From NCBI GenBank assembly GCA_028684695.1, contig JAQUFK010000001.1:1-38966 (forward strand): DNA of 38,966 nt. Direction: 5' to 3'. Shown here one piece after another: positions 18,444 through 28,251 of this stretch (the stretch's first letter is position 1; each line of letters starts with the position of its first letter). The notes under the pieces are model-generated. The model worked only from the letters and a program-made list of their open reading frames with translations. It was not told the DNA's origin and made no database searches. The position numbers and the translations under genes were made by a program. This DNA is from Methanosarcinaceae archaeon (GTDB lineage Archaea > Halobacteriota > Methanosarcinia > Methanosarcinales > Methanosarcinaceae).

Positions 18444-19304
18444 ATGCTTGAAGATGAGCTCGTCCACGTGCTTTCTCAAGACAGGGAATTAAAACACTTG
18501 ATCCTTGTGGAAAATCGAGAATCTCAGGCCCTCTTCCGAAAACTTAAAAGCTTGCCTTGTCTCGCCTTCCCTCTTTCTCTGGATAGGATTTCCTCTCTTT
18601 TAAAAAACGGACAGGGTCTAAGCTTCAGGAAAGCTTTGAAACCTTTTCGAAGTTATCCAATTTTTAAGGAGCTGTATGAGAAACTTAAACTTAAAGAAAA
18701 GAGCCAGCTTACAGTTGTCGTAAACAGGCTCAGGCTGGGTTTACATGTGGATTTGGAACTTCTGAAATCGGAAGTTTATAAAAATATTCGGGAAATGGCC
18801 CCTTTTTCGGATGGAATCTTGCTTTTTTATGGAACTTGCGGACATGCGCTTGGGAATCTTAAAAACGATTTTTCAAAACTCAATTGTCCACTTTATTTTC
18901 TAAAAGATTCACAAGGCGAAACTGTTGAGGATTGCATCAGCCTGGCTCTTGGAGGAAACGAAGCCTATGCTGAGGCTCTGCTTGCGCAGCCTGGGGTAGG
19001 GACGATTTACCTGACTCCAATGTGGGCTTCGAATTGGAATAAAATGAAAGCTGAGGCCAGAACCTCTTTGGATTTAAACGAAAAATATCTTCGAAATTCG
19101 CATTATAGAAGAGCTGCAAAAATAAACACTGGCTTATCCTCTGATCCGGATTTTCAGAAAAATGTCTTAGCTTTTGCTCACTACTTTGAAATGGAGCTTA
19201 TAGAAATAAAAGGCAGCGCAGAAATTGCAAAGTGCTCCTATGCAAGTGCCAAAAAAGCCCTTATTGAAAAGTCATTTTGCAACAATTCCAAACCCTCTTT
19301 TTAA
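18444..19304 (+). CDS. DUF1638-family protein
   Basis: N-terminal context (VLSIIACG)[10 protein letters not shown] is present. The canonical ATG at 18444 cuts off the conserved IIACG segment. The frame is open from 18402, and an ATT at 18414 lies 6 nt after GGAGGAG (see findings). Confidence 0.75.
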   Translation: MLEDELVHVLSQDRELKHLILVENRESQALFRKLKSLPCLAFPLSLDRISSLLKNGQGLSFRKALKPFRSYPIFKELYEKLKLKEKSQLTVVVNRLRLGLHVDLELLKSEVYKNIREMAPFSDGILLFYGTCGHALGNLKNDFSKLNCPLYFLKDSQGETVEDCISLALGGNEAYAEALLAQPGVGTIYLTPMWASNWNKMKAEARTSLDLNEKYLRNSHYRRAAKINTGLSSDPDFQKNVLAFAHYFEMELIEIKGSAEIAKCSYASAKKALIEKSFCNNSKPSF

Positions 19305-19348
19305 TATTTAGGGTTAATTTAATCAGGCAGCTTTCCGATCTATGTCTT

Positions 19349-20284
19349 ATGAAAAAAATCGGAATCGTAGGCACGGATCCCGGAGACTGGACCGCAAAAG
19401 CCCTTTTCAGAGCTGCCAAGGAAAATAAACTAAGTCCTCATTTTATTGATCTCAGAGCTGCCGAGGCTTGGATCGCTCCAACTCCTTTTTTCAAAGTCGA
19501 AAAAACCTGCCTCGCTGAGCTTGACGCAATCCTTGTAAGAGATGTAGGAGCCGGAACGCTTGAAGGAGTCTCCTTCAGATTCGATCTCTTGCGGGAACTT
19601 GAAGCTGAAGGCCTTCCAGTTGTCAATTCCCCTGCTGCAATTCAAAATGCAGCAAACAAATACCATGCTTCCTACCTACTTGCAAAAGCCGGACTTCCTA
19701 TCCCTAAAACCCGGGCGGTCCAGAGTGTGGAGGCAGGCCTTAAAGCGCTTTTCGAATTTCAAGACGCCATAATAAAACCGGTTTTCGGATACAAGGGAAA
19801 AGGGATTGTGAGAGTGAAAGCAGGAGAAGTCTTTTTTTCGGATCGGGAAATCAAACCTGGGAAAAAGCCGATTTCTCCTGAAAAAGTCCTTAAGGAACTT
19901 CTTGAAAAAGGAGGCATGCTCTATATTCAAGAATTTATTGAAAATCCGGGCAGGGATATTAGAGTTTTTGTGGTAAACGGACAGGCAGTAGGAGCAATTT
20001 ATAGGCGAGCTCCTCCGGGTTCCTGGATTAACAACCTAAGTCAGGGAGGAAAAGCGGATCGCTGTCTTCTAAGCAGAGAAGAAAAAACAATTGCAGAAAA
20101 GGCAGCTAGTGTTCTTGGAGCTGCTTTTGCCGGCGTGGATCTTATAGAAGGGAAAAAAACTGAGAAAAAAAGCCAACCCATCCTTCTTGAGGTAAATGGG
20201 ACTCCTTCCGGAAAAGGGATTTATGAAACTTGGGGAATAAACCCGGCTGAAAAGATTATAAAGTATCTAGTAGGGATATTGTGA
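19349..20284 (+). CDS. RimK-family ATP-grasp ligase (possibly tetrahydromethanopterin:alpha-L-glutamate ligase, MptN-like)
   Basis: The N-terminus is MKKIGIVG, with ATP-grasp features ([28 protein letters not shown]). I prefer the start at 19349 over the track's 19277. Confidence 0.75.
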   Translation: MKKIGIVGTDPGDWTAKALFRAAKENKLSPHFIDLRAAEAWIAPTPFFKVEKTCLAELDAILVRDVGAGTLEGVSFRFDLLRELEAEGLPVVNSPAAIQNAANKYHASYLLAKAGLPIPKTRAVQSVEAGLKALFEFQDAIIKPVFGYKGKGIVRVKAGEVFFSDREIKPGKKPISPEKVLKELLEKGGMLYIQEFIENPGRDIRVFVVNGQAVGAIYRRAPPGSWINNLSQGGKADRCLLSREEKTIAEKAASVLGAAFAGVDLIEGKKTEKKSQPILLEVNGTPSGKGIYETWGINPAEKIIKYLVGIL

Positions 20285-20354
20285 AAATGTACAGATTAAA
20301 AGTACAGGAAATATTTAAAAGATAAGCGGGCTTTGAATAGATCCGAGGCAAAGG

Positions 20355-20702
20355 ATGAGCGAATATAAACAATGTATTATTACAAGGGAAGATCTAAAAC
20401 TTTCCAAAGGCAAGTTTGCAGTACAGGTAGCCCATGCGGCCGTTTCCGCCTCGGAATGGGCCAGTAAAAACGATTATGAGAAATGGAAAGAAGGGGGACA
20501 GAAAAAAGTGGTTCTTAAAGTTCCCACCCTCAAAGCCTTGTTTGAACTTAAGGAAAAGGCAAGAAGAGAAGGGCTTCCGACTGCTCTGATCCAGGATGCG
20601 GGCCTGACCGAAGTTGTTCCAGGAACAGTTACCGTGCTTGGGATCGGCCCTGCAAAAGCAGAATTGATCGATCGGGTTACTCGGGATCTGAAACTTGTAT
20701 AA
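20355..20702 (+). CDS. pth2: archaeal-type peptidyl-tRNA hydrolase
   Basis: 115-aa protein with motifs VQVAHAAV, KKVVLKV and IQDAGLTEVVPGTVTVLGIGP. Confidence 0.9.
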   Translation: MSEYKQCIITREDLKLSKGKFAVQVAHAAVSASEWASKNDYEKWKEGGQKKVVLKVPTLKALFELKEKARREGLPTALIQDAGLTEVVPGTVTVLGIGPAKAELIDRVTRDLKLV

Positions 20703-20746
20703 AAGATGAATATACTGCTGTATATTATGGAAAGGAAAAGAAAGGC

Positions 20747-21958
20747 ATGAAAGTAATTAAGGTTGCAGTTTTCCTGCTTATACTTCTTTTTGTAGGTTTC
20801 CTGCTCTTTCCCGGCGGAGAAGCCTTCTCAGACCAGGTTACGAAACTCAAAACTTACCTTCCCTTGGTTGAAGCCCCGGAAAATGAGGAATATAAACTTA
20901 AGCCTGAGACCCTTACGATTCCGGAAGTTCCGGCTTATTCGCCTCTGGAAAACAGAGAAACTCCTTTAGGCTTATCCTCCCAAGCTCCCGGTTTTTCCTT
21001 AAGAACCAGTTATACGGCCACGGAGTTTTTCCAAGGAGGAGTAGGTTATGTGAAAGTCGAAGTAACAAATGACGGGGAGAATTCTATTTTTATAGACAGA
21101 TTCGGAGTTGCCGTAAACAGCTCAAAAAGCCCTATCTACGCTCAAGAAAGCGGCGTATTATTACCTCCAAGAGCAAAAAAGAACCTGGGAATTGTTGCGG
21201 TTCAAGTTCCTGAAGGAAATGAAACTCCTGCAATGCAAATTGCTTTTTGGCTCCTTGCAAAAAGCCAGGATGGAAAATGGTACGAGTACAAAAGGCCTCA
21301 GTTTCTCAATGAATTTACACTCAAAACTAGCCCAATGCCTGAAAAAATCAACCCAGTTTATGCTTCGAATCCCCTTTCCTTATTTACAACCTTTAACGAG
21401 CTTGTGGAAGCTTCGGATCCAGAAATACGTAAAACGGCCGCAGAAGCTGCCAAAGATTACGGGGGAGCCTACAATATCTATCAGGTTTGCGCCTTATTTG
21501 ATAAGGTAAATGAGGAGATTGAATACATAAGCGATCCAAGAGGAAATGATATTTGGGAGCCTGCAAATCAGACCCTAAATATCGGAGCTGGAGATTGTGA
21601 GGATCAGGCAATCCTACTCGCTTCCCTAATCGAGGCCATAGGAGGCACAACCAGACTATACCTTACTGATACCCATGCCTTTGCCGCCGTTTACATCGGA
21701 AACGAAACTACAGGAATCAGAACTGTGGTCGAAGGAGTCAAAGCTTATTACGGAAATGTCGATGTTTATTATACAAGCGATGCGTACGGAGCTTGGCTCA
21801 TGCTTGATCCAACCTCAAGCCTCTATGCAGGAGGACTTCCCGGCACAACAGCCCAGGTCCAGATCTCCGAGCCGAATGGGGACTCAAAGGGCTGGACTTT
21901 CCTTAATACAAGCAAGGTAAAGGTAATTGATATCAGCTCAAATCCGGTTAAAGGGTGA
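20747..21958 (+). CDS. membrane-anchored transglutaminase-like (Cys protease fold) protein
   Basis: An N-terminal TM/signal segment is present (VAVFLLILLFVGFLLF), together with the catalytic-Cys motif GAGDCEDQAILLASLIEA. Confidence 0.75.
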   Translation: MKVIKVAVFLLILLFVGFLLFPGGEAFSDQVTKLKTYLPLVEAPENEEYKLKPETLTIPEVPAYSPLENRETPLGLSSQAPGFSLRTSYTATEFFQGGVGYVKVEVTNDGENSIFIDRFGVAVNSSKSPIYAQESGVLLPPRAKKNLGIVAVQVPEGNETPAMQIAFWLLAKSQDGKWYEYKRPQFLNEFTLKTSPMPEKINPVYASNPLSLFTTFNELVEASDPEIRKTAAEAAKDYGGAYNIYQVCALFDKVNEEIEYISDPRGNDIWEPANQTLNIGAGDCEDQAILLASLIEAIGGTTRLYLTDTHAFAAVYIGNETTGIRTVVEGVKAYYGNVDVYYTSDAYGAWLMLDPTSSLYAGGLPGTTAQVQISEPNGDSKGWTFLNTSKVKVIDISSNPVKG

Positions 21959-22079
21959 TATTTTCCAAACTCTAAGCATTTTCAAAAAAGAGAGGAGAAA
22001 GTCTAAATTGGAAATTCCTCTGGGAATTTCCCCAATTATTTTTTAATTTTTTTAAATATTAAAGGAGTCAGTTTTATTT

Positions 22080-23402
22080 ATGGATATAGATGTTCCAGAA
22101 ACAGAAAAACGAATAGGAATCAGGCTCTATTCTACGGATACTCCGGGACTTGGGGGAAAACTCCGCCAAGAAGCAGAAGACTTTGTGGTAAGGGAAATTA
22201 CAAACCGCAAAGAAACCGAGACTGGAAAATATCTCATTCTTGAACTTAAAAAAAGAAATTGGGATACGCACCACCTAACTCGTTCCCTTGCAAAAGCTCT
22301 GAGGATTAGTCAGAAAAGGATTGGGGTAGCCGGAACAAAAGATAGAAGAGCGCTTACAACCCAGAAAATAAGTATCTCCGATCTTAAAGCCTCTGATCTT
22401 GAAAAAATTCACCTAAAAGATGTGGAACTAAAAGTACTGGGGCGCTCTAAAAAGGCTATGGAGCTTGGGGATTTGACCGGAAACGAGTTTGAAATTACAC
22501 TTCGAAACCTTGATTTTTCTATAGAGGAAACTCAAGCTCTGCTCGAAAAAACCACTGAAGAGATAAAGGCTGCAGGAGGAGTTCCAAACTTTTTTGGAGT
22601 TCAGCGTTTCGGGGCGGTAAGACCTCTTACTCACCTTGTAGGAAAGGCGATTGCGGAAGGAGATTTTGAAAAAGCGGCCCTAACTTATATTGCAGAACCT
22701 TTCCCGGCTGAGCCTGAAGAGATAAAGGCTGTGCGGGCTTACGTAAAAGAGAGCAGGGACTTTAAAGGAGGCCTTGAGAAATATCCTTTGAGGCTCGGGC
22801 ACGAGCGCGCCATGATGAATCATTTGATTGCAAAACCCGAAGATTATGCAGGAGCTTTTTTAGTGCTTCCGAAAAATCTATACAGAATGTTTGTGCACGC
22901 TTACCAGTCTTGTATTTATAATAAAATTCTCTCCCTTCGAATTGAAAAGGGGCTTTCACTGAATGAGGCTGTGGAAGGAGATATAGTCTGTTTCAAAAAC
23001 GAGGTAGGACTTCCAGACAATTCCAAAACAGAGGCAGTAACAGCCGAGAAAGTAAAAGCCGTAAACCGCCTTATAAAAAAAGGAAGAGCTTTTGTCACAG
23101 CTCCACTTCCAGGTTATGCAAGCGAGTTTGCCACCGGACTTCCGGGGAAACTTGAAAGAGAAGTGCTTGAAAAGCTTGAGGTTAAGCTTGAAGGTTTTAG
23201 GGTTGAGGCCTTTCGGGAGCTGGGCTCAAAAGGGATAAGAAGAGAAGTTCTTCTAAGTGTTGAACCTTCGTTTAGGGTCTCAGAAGATGAACTGAACCCT
23301 GGAAAAAGAAAGGCTGTGCTTGAATTTTCTCTTCCCAAAGGAAGTTATGCTACAACCGTGCTTAGGGAATATATGAAGACTGAGCCTTTACAGATGAGTT
23401 AA
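22080..23402 (+). CDS. truD: tRNA pseudouridine synthase D
   Basis: The hallmark GVAGTKDRRALTTQ and the motif NFFGVQRFG are present. Confidence 0.9.
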   Translation: MDIDVPETEKRIGIRLYSTDTPGLGGKLRQEAEDFVVREITNRKETETGKYLILELKKRNWDTHHLTRSLAKALRISQKRIGVAGTKDRRALTTQKISISDLKASDLEKIHLKDVELKVLGRSKKAMELGDLTGNEFEITLRNLDFSIEETQALLEKTTEEIKAAGGVPNFFGVQRFGAVRPLTHLVGKAIAEGDFEKAALTYIAEPFPAEPEEIKAVRAYVKESRDFKGGLEKYPLRLGHERAMMNHLIAKPEDYAGAFLVLPKNLYRMFVHAYQSCIYNKILSLRIEKGLSLNEAVEGDIVCFKNEVGLPDNSKTEAVTAEKVKAVNRLIKKGRAFVTAPLPGYASEFATGLPGKLEREVLEKLEVKLEGFRVEAFRELGSKGIRREVLLSVEPSFRVSEDELNPGKRKAVLEFSLPKGSYATTVLREYMKTEPLQMS

Positions 23403-23434
23403 GTTGAAAGAATATAGAGGAGTCAAAAGGAATT

Positions 23435-24523
23435 TTATCCTCTCCTTTTTTCCGCAAACACGATTTGAGCTCCGTCTTTCATATCAATGGATTTTTTCAC
23501 CTCAAGTCCATAATCTCCAAGCCTTTTTACATATTCAGAAAAAGGCACGCTGTTTTCAAAAGAAAAACTCGAACTTCCCTTTTTTGTGTCTTCAAAAGTC
23601 CAGAGTTTCCAGGCTAAATTATCCAAAGGATTAGCTCCCGCTTTTTCGTCCGGAATTTGTCTTGTCACAAAAAACCCCCCCTTTTTTAGAGCCCGAACTA
23701 TTTTTGGGAGAAGCTCAGGGACCTTGCCTCCGGGGTTAAAGGAAGAAAAAATAATATCATAATCTTTTCCAAGTTCAACCTTAAAAAAATCCCCGGGAAT
23801 TACTCTGACTCTATCCGCAGAATATTTTTTTATGTAAACTTTTGTCTCTTCCGTTACCTGGGGCAGATCAAAAACAAATGCTTCAAGCTCCAGATAAAGT
23901 TCAGCAAAGGCGATTGCATAAAGCCCGTGACCTCCCCCGAGATCCAGGAGTTTTTTAGCTTTTGAAAAGTCTAAGTTTTCGGTAATAATTTTGACCGTTT
24001 CTTGAAGCGCTCCACAAGAAGCGTTTTCAGCCATGGCATGCACAACCTGGCTAAAGAAATCAGCCTTTGGGAAAATTAGAGGGCCTTCGGTCAGGACTTC
24101 AGGCAGCTGAGCCCAGATTTTTGCATCCCTTTCTTTTTCGGAAAGGAAATGTGCCTGCGAATAGGGAGCGGCTTTTAGAAGGTAGGTGTTGCTAAGCGCA
24201 GTGTTTACATACTTTACTTTGGATTTTTCTGCCTCTTTTGAATCGGCTTGCTCCTCCAATTCAGGCTTTTCCTCAAGTCTGCACAAAAGCCCAAGCCCGC
24301 AAAGGGCTTCACAGAAATAAGGTAGAAGGGTCGGCTCACAGCCTAGTTTTTTTGCGAGAGGAACGGCCCCGAGAGGAGTTTTAAGAGCTTCAAAGACTCC
24401 GAGTTCAAATGCCGTACTAAGAAGCTGAAATTTCCGAAAACCTGCTGAAGCCTCCTTCATGAGTTTAAAAAAGGGATCCGAATCGACTTTTGGCCTTTCC
24501 ATTAAATTGGTAGTTGTCTTCAA
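23435..24523 (-). CDS. class I SAM-dependent O-methyltransferase (family-2/COMT-like, with N-terminal winged-helix dimerisation domain)
   Basis: SAM motif LLDLGGGHGLYAIAF, with N-terminal FQLLSTAFELGVFEAL. The start is either the TTG at 24523 or the ATG at 24502. Confidence 0.8.
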   Translation of the reverse strand: MKTTTNLMERPKVDSDPFFKLMKEASAGFRKFQLLSTAFELGVFEALKTPLGAVPLAKKLGCEPTLLPYFCEALCGLGLLCRLEEKPELEEQADSKEAEKSKVKYVNTALSNTYLLKAAPYSQAHFLSEKERDAKIWAQLPEVLTEGPLIFPKADFFSQVVHAMAENASCGALQETVKIITENLDFSKAKKLLDLGGGHGLYAIAFAELYLELEAFVFDLPQVTEETKVYIKKYSADRVRVIPGDFFKVELGKDYDIIFSSFNPGGKVPELLPKIVRALKKGGFFVTRQIPDEKAGANPLDNLAWKLWTFEDTKKGSSSFSFENSVPFSEYVKRLGDYGLEVKKSIDMKDGAQIVFAEKRRG

Positions 24524-24586
24524 TTGGGATATCTCCTAAAAGGATATTATTTATAAAAATTCTGAAGCTTATTAATAGCGAAAAAA

Positions 24587-25285
24587 TTAAAGATATTTTA
24601 CAAATTTTCCCATCTCCATAACCGCAACCTCATCACTCATCCACTCCACGAGAGCAGGATCATGGGAAATAAAAAGAAAACTGATTCCGTACTCTTGCTG
24701 GAGGTTTTTCAAAAGGCTAAGGATCTGGGCTTGGACAAGAGGATCGAGCATGGAAGTTGGCTCATCTGCAACTATAAATTTAGGTCTGAGCCCTAGGATT
24801 CGAGCTATCATAACCCTCTGAAGCTGGCCTCCGCTTAGTTCTTGAGGATAGCGAAACAAGAGTTCTTCATTAAGGGAGACAGCCTCTATCAGTTTATAAA
24901 CCCAAGTTTTTTCGGCTCCTTGTTTGCAGAGGCTATGAATCCTCAAAGGCTCGGCAACACAATCATAAATCCTCATCTTTGGGTTTAAGGAGGCTTCAGG
25001 ATGCTGAAAAATGATTTGCATCTTGCGGCCCAGTTTTTTAAGCTCCCTGCCTTTTAGTTCAGAAAGGTCCCTCCCTTCAAAAAAAACTTTTCCGGCTGTA
25101 GGCTCCAGAAGCCTTAAAATCGTCCTTCCTAAAGTGGATTTTCCACAGCCGCTTTTACCAACAAGCCCAAGGGTTTTACCTCGCTCAAGCTCAAAACTTA
25201 CTCCATCTACGGCCCGAATCACTTTTCTGGAAAAGAGCCCCGCAGAATAGTGTTTTTTAAGGTTTTCAACTTTAAGTAGCGGCAT
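24587..25285 (-). CDS. ABC transporter ATP-binding protein (OppF/DppF/NikE-like)
   Basis: Walker A GKSGCGKST, signature LSGGQLQRV and Walker B FIVADEPTSMLD are present. The start is MPLLKVENL at 25285, overlapping the upstream stop by 14 nt. Confidence 0.9.
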   Translation of the reverse strand: MPLLKVENLKKHYSAGLFSRKVIRAVDGVSFELERGKTLGLVGKSGCGKSTLGRTILRLLEPTAGKVFFEGRDLSELKGRELKKLGRKMQIIFQHPEASLNPKMRIYDCVAEPLRIHSLCKQGAEKTWVYKLIEAVSLNEELLFRYPQELSGGQLQRVMIARILGLRPKFIVADEPTSMLDPLVQAQILSLLKNLQQEYGISFLFISHDPALVEWMSDEVAVMEMGKFVKYL

Positions 25286-26255
25286 TAGCCTTTTCCTCCG
25301 TTTTTTCGAAATTTTCATAATTTTCATAAAGCAGACAGCGAACCTTTCTTCCCGTTTCAAGTTCCAGCATTTTGGGCCGGATTTGAGAACAACTTTTTTT
25401 CCGAAAAGCACAGCGGGGATGAAATCGGCAGCCAGACGGAGGGGAGACAAAACTGGGACTCTGACCTGGAACCGCTCGAAGTCCATTTTCAGGCAGAGCA
25501 GCCAGAAGGGCTTGGGTATAGGGATGTTTGGGATTTGAAAAGAGCTCTTTTGTTTTTCCGCTTTCCACAATTTCTCCAGCATACATGACTGCAGCCCTTT
25601 CCGTAAGCTGCTTTGCAACCTCCAGATCATGAGTAATCAGGAGCAGAGCCGAAGTTTCCTTGCTGACAAGCTTGAAGATAAGGCGTGCAATCTGCTCCTT
25701 TGTCTGAGGATCCAGCCCCTTGGTAGGCTCGTCAGCGATCAAAAGCGCTGGGTGCAGCGCAAGCCCGAGGGCAACCATTACGCGTTGGAGCATGCCTCCG
25801 CTGAACTGGTGGGGATATTCAGCCATTCTGGAAGGAGCAATTTCTACAAGTTCAAGCATTTTTCCAGCTTTTTTTTCCGCTTCCTTTTTTTCACAGCCTT
25901 CATGGCAACGATAGATTTCGGAAAGTTGCTCTCCAATCGAAAATACTGGATTAAGCGCCAGAGAAGGGTTCTGGAGCATGATCCCGATTTCCTTTCCCCG
26001 AAGCCTTCTCATTTTTTTTTCAGGAAAGGAAAGGAGGTCTTGTCCCCGAAAAAAGATTCGGCCTTCGAATTTCACATTTTTTGAAAGCAATCTTAAAAGG
26101 GCTTTTCCAAACGTAGTCTTGCCACAACCAGTCTCTCCTATAAGAGCTAGGGTTTCTCCTTGCTCAAGCTTCAGATAAATGCCCTCGTTGGCTTTTACAG
26201 GACCTTTTCGAGTTTTGAAAGAAACGGTCAAGTTTTCTACCGAAAGCAAGCTCAT
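25272..26255 (-). CDS. ABC transporter ATP-binding protein (OppD/DppD/NikD-like)
   Basis: Walker A GETGCGKTT, FSGGMLQRV, LLIADEPTKGLD and a C-terminal CRFHPRC motif are present. The start is MSLLSVENL at 26255, with an ATGA overlap onto the permease stop. Confidence 0.9.
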   Translation of the reverse strand: MSLLSVENLTVSFKTRKGPVKANEGIYLKLEQGETLALIGETGCGKTTFGKALLRLLSKNVKFEGRIFFRGQDLLSFPEKKMRRLRGKEIGIMLQNPSLALNPVFSIGEQLSEIYRCHEGCEKKEAEKKAGKMLELVEIAPSRMAEYPHQFSGGMLQRVMVALGLALHPALLIADEPTKGLDPQTKEQIARLIFKLVSKETSALLLITHDLEVAKQLTERAAVMYAGEIVESGKTKELFSNPKHPYTQALLAALPENGLRAVPGQSPSFVSPPSGCRFHPRCAFRKKSCSQIRPKMLELETGRKVRCLLYENYENFEKTEEKANAAT

Positions 26256-27160
26256 GCTCTTGTTACCTCCGTATCCACATCCAAGCAATCTCGGAGGCCA
26301 TCACCTACAAAATTGAAAGCCATAACCGTGAGCATGATCATAAACCCTGGAAAAAGGCTGAGATGGGGAGCACTTAGGAAAAAGGAGATTCCGGCTTTGA
26401 GCATAGCTCCCCATTCTGGATTTGGAAGCTGGATTCCAAGCCCAAGAAAGCTTAAGGCTGCCGCAAAGATGATTACATGCGCAATTTCAAGAGTTCCCAG
26501 CACGATCACGTTCCCCAGACAATTGGGAAGGATATGTTTGCGGATAATATAAATGTCCGAAGCTCGAAGCGCCCTTGTAGCTTCTACAAAAGCCCGCTTT
26601 TTCAAGGAGAGCACCTCTCCTCTGACCAGCCTTGTATAGGTTGGCCACTGAGTCAAAACAAGGGCAAGCACAACACTTGAAACCCCAGAGCCGAGCAAAC
26701 CTGCAAGAACAAGGGCAGGGATGATGTTTGGAAAAGCAAGAATAATATCTACGCCTCGCATTACAGTTTCATCAAAAAGGCCTCCTATGTACCCAGCAAG
26801 AAGCCCGAGCAGGGTGCCGGCGCTAGAGGTTAGAGCAACTACAATAAGCCCAATTCCAAGAGAATAGCGAGTGCCATAAACTATCCTTGAAAAAATGCAG
26901 CGCCCCAGATCGTCAGTTCCAAAAGGGTATTCGAAAGAGGGGGCTTCCAGTCGACGGACAGGTTTTTGTTCGAGAGGCTCGTGAGGAGCGATCAAGGGGG
27001 CAAAGAGAGCAAGGAAAGCCAGAAAAGCAATAATCAGGATTCCAAGAACTGCAAAACGGTTCTGGCTGAATTTTTGCCAGGCCTCTCTTTGACGGGGCCT
27101 TTTTATTCTAGGCTTTTTTATAATTTTTGCCAATTCCCTTCTATTTTCAATTACTGCCAT
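26252..27160 (-). CDS. ABC transporter permease (OppC/DppC/NikC-like)
   Basis: Six-TM protein with the EAA-type loop FVEATRALRASDIYIIRKHILPN. Confidence 0.88.
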   Translation of the reverse strand: MAVIENRRELAKIIKKPRIKRPRQREAWQKFSQNRFAVLGILIIAFLAFLALFAPLIAPHEPLEQKPVRRLEAPSFEYPFGTDDLGRCIFSRIVYGTRYSLGIGLIVVALTSSAGTLLGLLAGYIGGLFDETVMRGVDIILAFPNIIPALVLAGLLGSGVSSVVLALVLTQWPTYTRLVRGEVLSLKKRAFVEATRALRASDIYIIRKHILPNCLGNVIVLGTLEIAHVIIFAAALSFLGLGIQLPNPEWGAMLKAGISFFLSAPHLSLFPGFMIMLTVMAFNFVGDGLRDCLDVDTEVTRA

Positions 27161-27245
27161 TTTTTCCGCTTCTGTTTCAGTTTTATTTTATTCTTATTTC
27201 AAGCATTTCTTCAATTTTATTCTTATCCGCTTCCCAAAGCCACGC

Positions 27246-28187
27246 TCAGTCCTGTTGATCATACCTTATTCTTGGGTCAAGCAGAGCATAGAGAATATCA
27301 ACTCCCAGACTGGAAAGGGAAAACAAAACTGCAATAAAGAGCACACAGCCTTGGATTAGAGCAAAATCCCGGTCAAAGATGGAAGCTACAAGCAGCTGTC
27401 CTAAGCCTGGCCAGGCAAATATAGTCTCTACGATTACGACTCCTCCAAGGAGGTAGCCAAGCTGCATTCCGGCAAGAGTAAGAATCGGAAGCAAAGCGTT
27501 TTTTAGGGCATGTTTGAAAAGGATCGTACTTTCATCAAGCCCTCGAGCTCGGGCTGCTACAATGTATTCCTGTTTCAATACTCCAAGCATGCTCGACCGG
27601 GTCAATCTAGTCGTTACTGCAGCCATGGAAGTTCCAAGAGTAAGTGTAGGCAGGACCAGTTCTTTTAAGGTTCCATAGCCATGGGTTGGGAGGAGGTTAA
27701 GGTTTAGGGCAAAAAGCCAGATTAAAAGGAGTCCAAGCCAGAAATTGGGAATAGAAACTCCAAGCAAGGACGTGAAAACACAGACATTATCAAGCAAGGT
27801 ATTTTGCTTAAGTGCGCTTAAAACTCCTGCAGGAAGAGCAAGCAGTAGGGAAAGAAGAAGACTTGCCAAAGCAAGCTCGGCTGTTGCGGGCAGCCTCAGC
27901 AAGATCTCTTCTAAGACATCATCCGAATCTATAACGGATTTTCCAAAGTCCAGATGCAGAAGGTGGTGGAGCCAGGTCAGGTACTGGACATGAAAAGGAG
28001 CTTCAAGTCCTTCTGCAGCTCTTACGGCCTCAATCTGTTCGGTGCTCAGATCCTGCCCGTATCTGGCAAGGGCAATAACCTCGGCAGGATCTCCTGGAGC
28101 AAGGTACATCGCGGAAAAAGTAACAAAAGTTACACCCAGAAGCACTCCAAAAATAAGGAGCAGGCGTTTTGCGATATATTTCCACAT
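27246..28187 (-). CDS. ABC transporter permease (OppB/DppB/NikB-like)
   Basis: The N-terminus is MWKYIAKRLL, with YIVAARARGLDESTILFKHALKNALLPI. Confidence 0.88.
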   Translation of the reverse strand: MWKYIAKRLLLIFGVLLGVTFVTFSAMYLAPGDPAEVIALARYGQDLSTEQIEAVRAAEGLEAPFHVQYLTWLHHLLHLDFGKSVIDSDDVLEEILLRLPATAELALASLLLSLLLALPAGVLSALKQNTLLDNVCVFTSLLGVSIPNFWLGLLLIWLFALNLNLLPTHGYGTLKELVLPTLTLGTSMAAVTTRLTRSSMLGVLKQEYIVAARARGLDESTILFKHALKNALLPILTLAGMQLGYLLGGVVIVETIFAWPGLGQLLVASIFDRDFALIQGCVLFIAVLFSLSSLGVDILYALLDPRIRYDQQD

Positions 28188-28251
28188 TTTTTTTCAGTCC
28201 GGGTTTTCTTCATCCAAACAGCTTTTATTTTTATAGATTTACTTCTACTTA

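Noticed and set aside
25286-25630. 115-codon N-terminal extension of the OppF-like ATPase in the ORF track
   Set aside because: The extension overlaps the 3' part of the OppD-like gene in another frame and has no ABC features. The conserved ATPase N-terminus MPLLKVENL begins at 25285.
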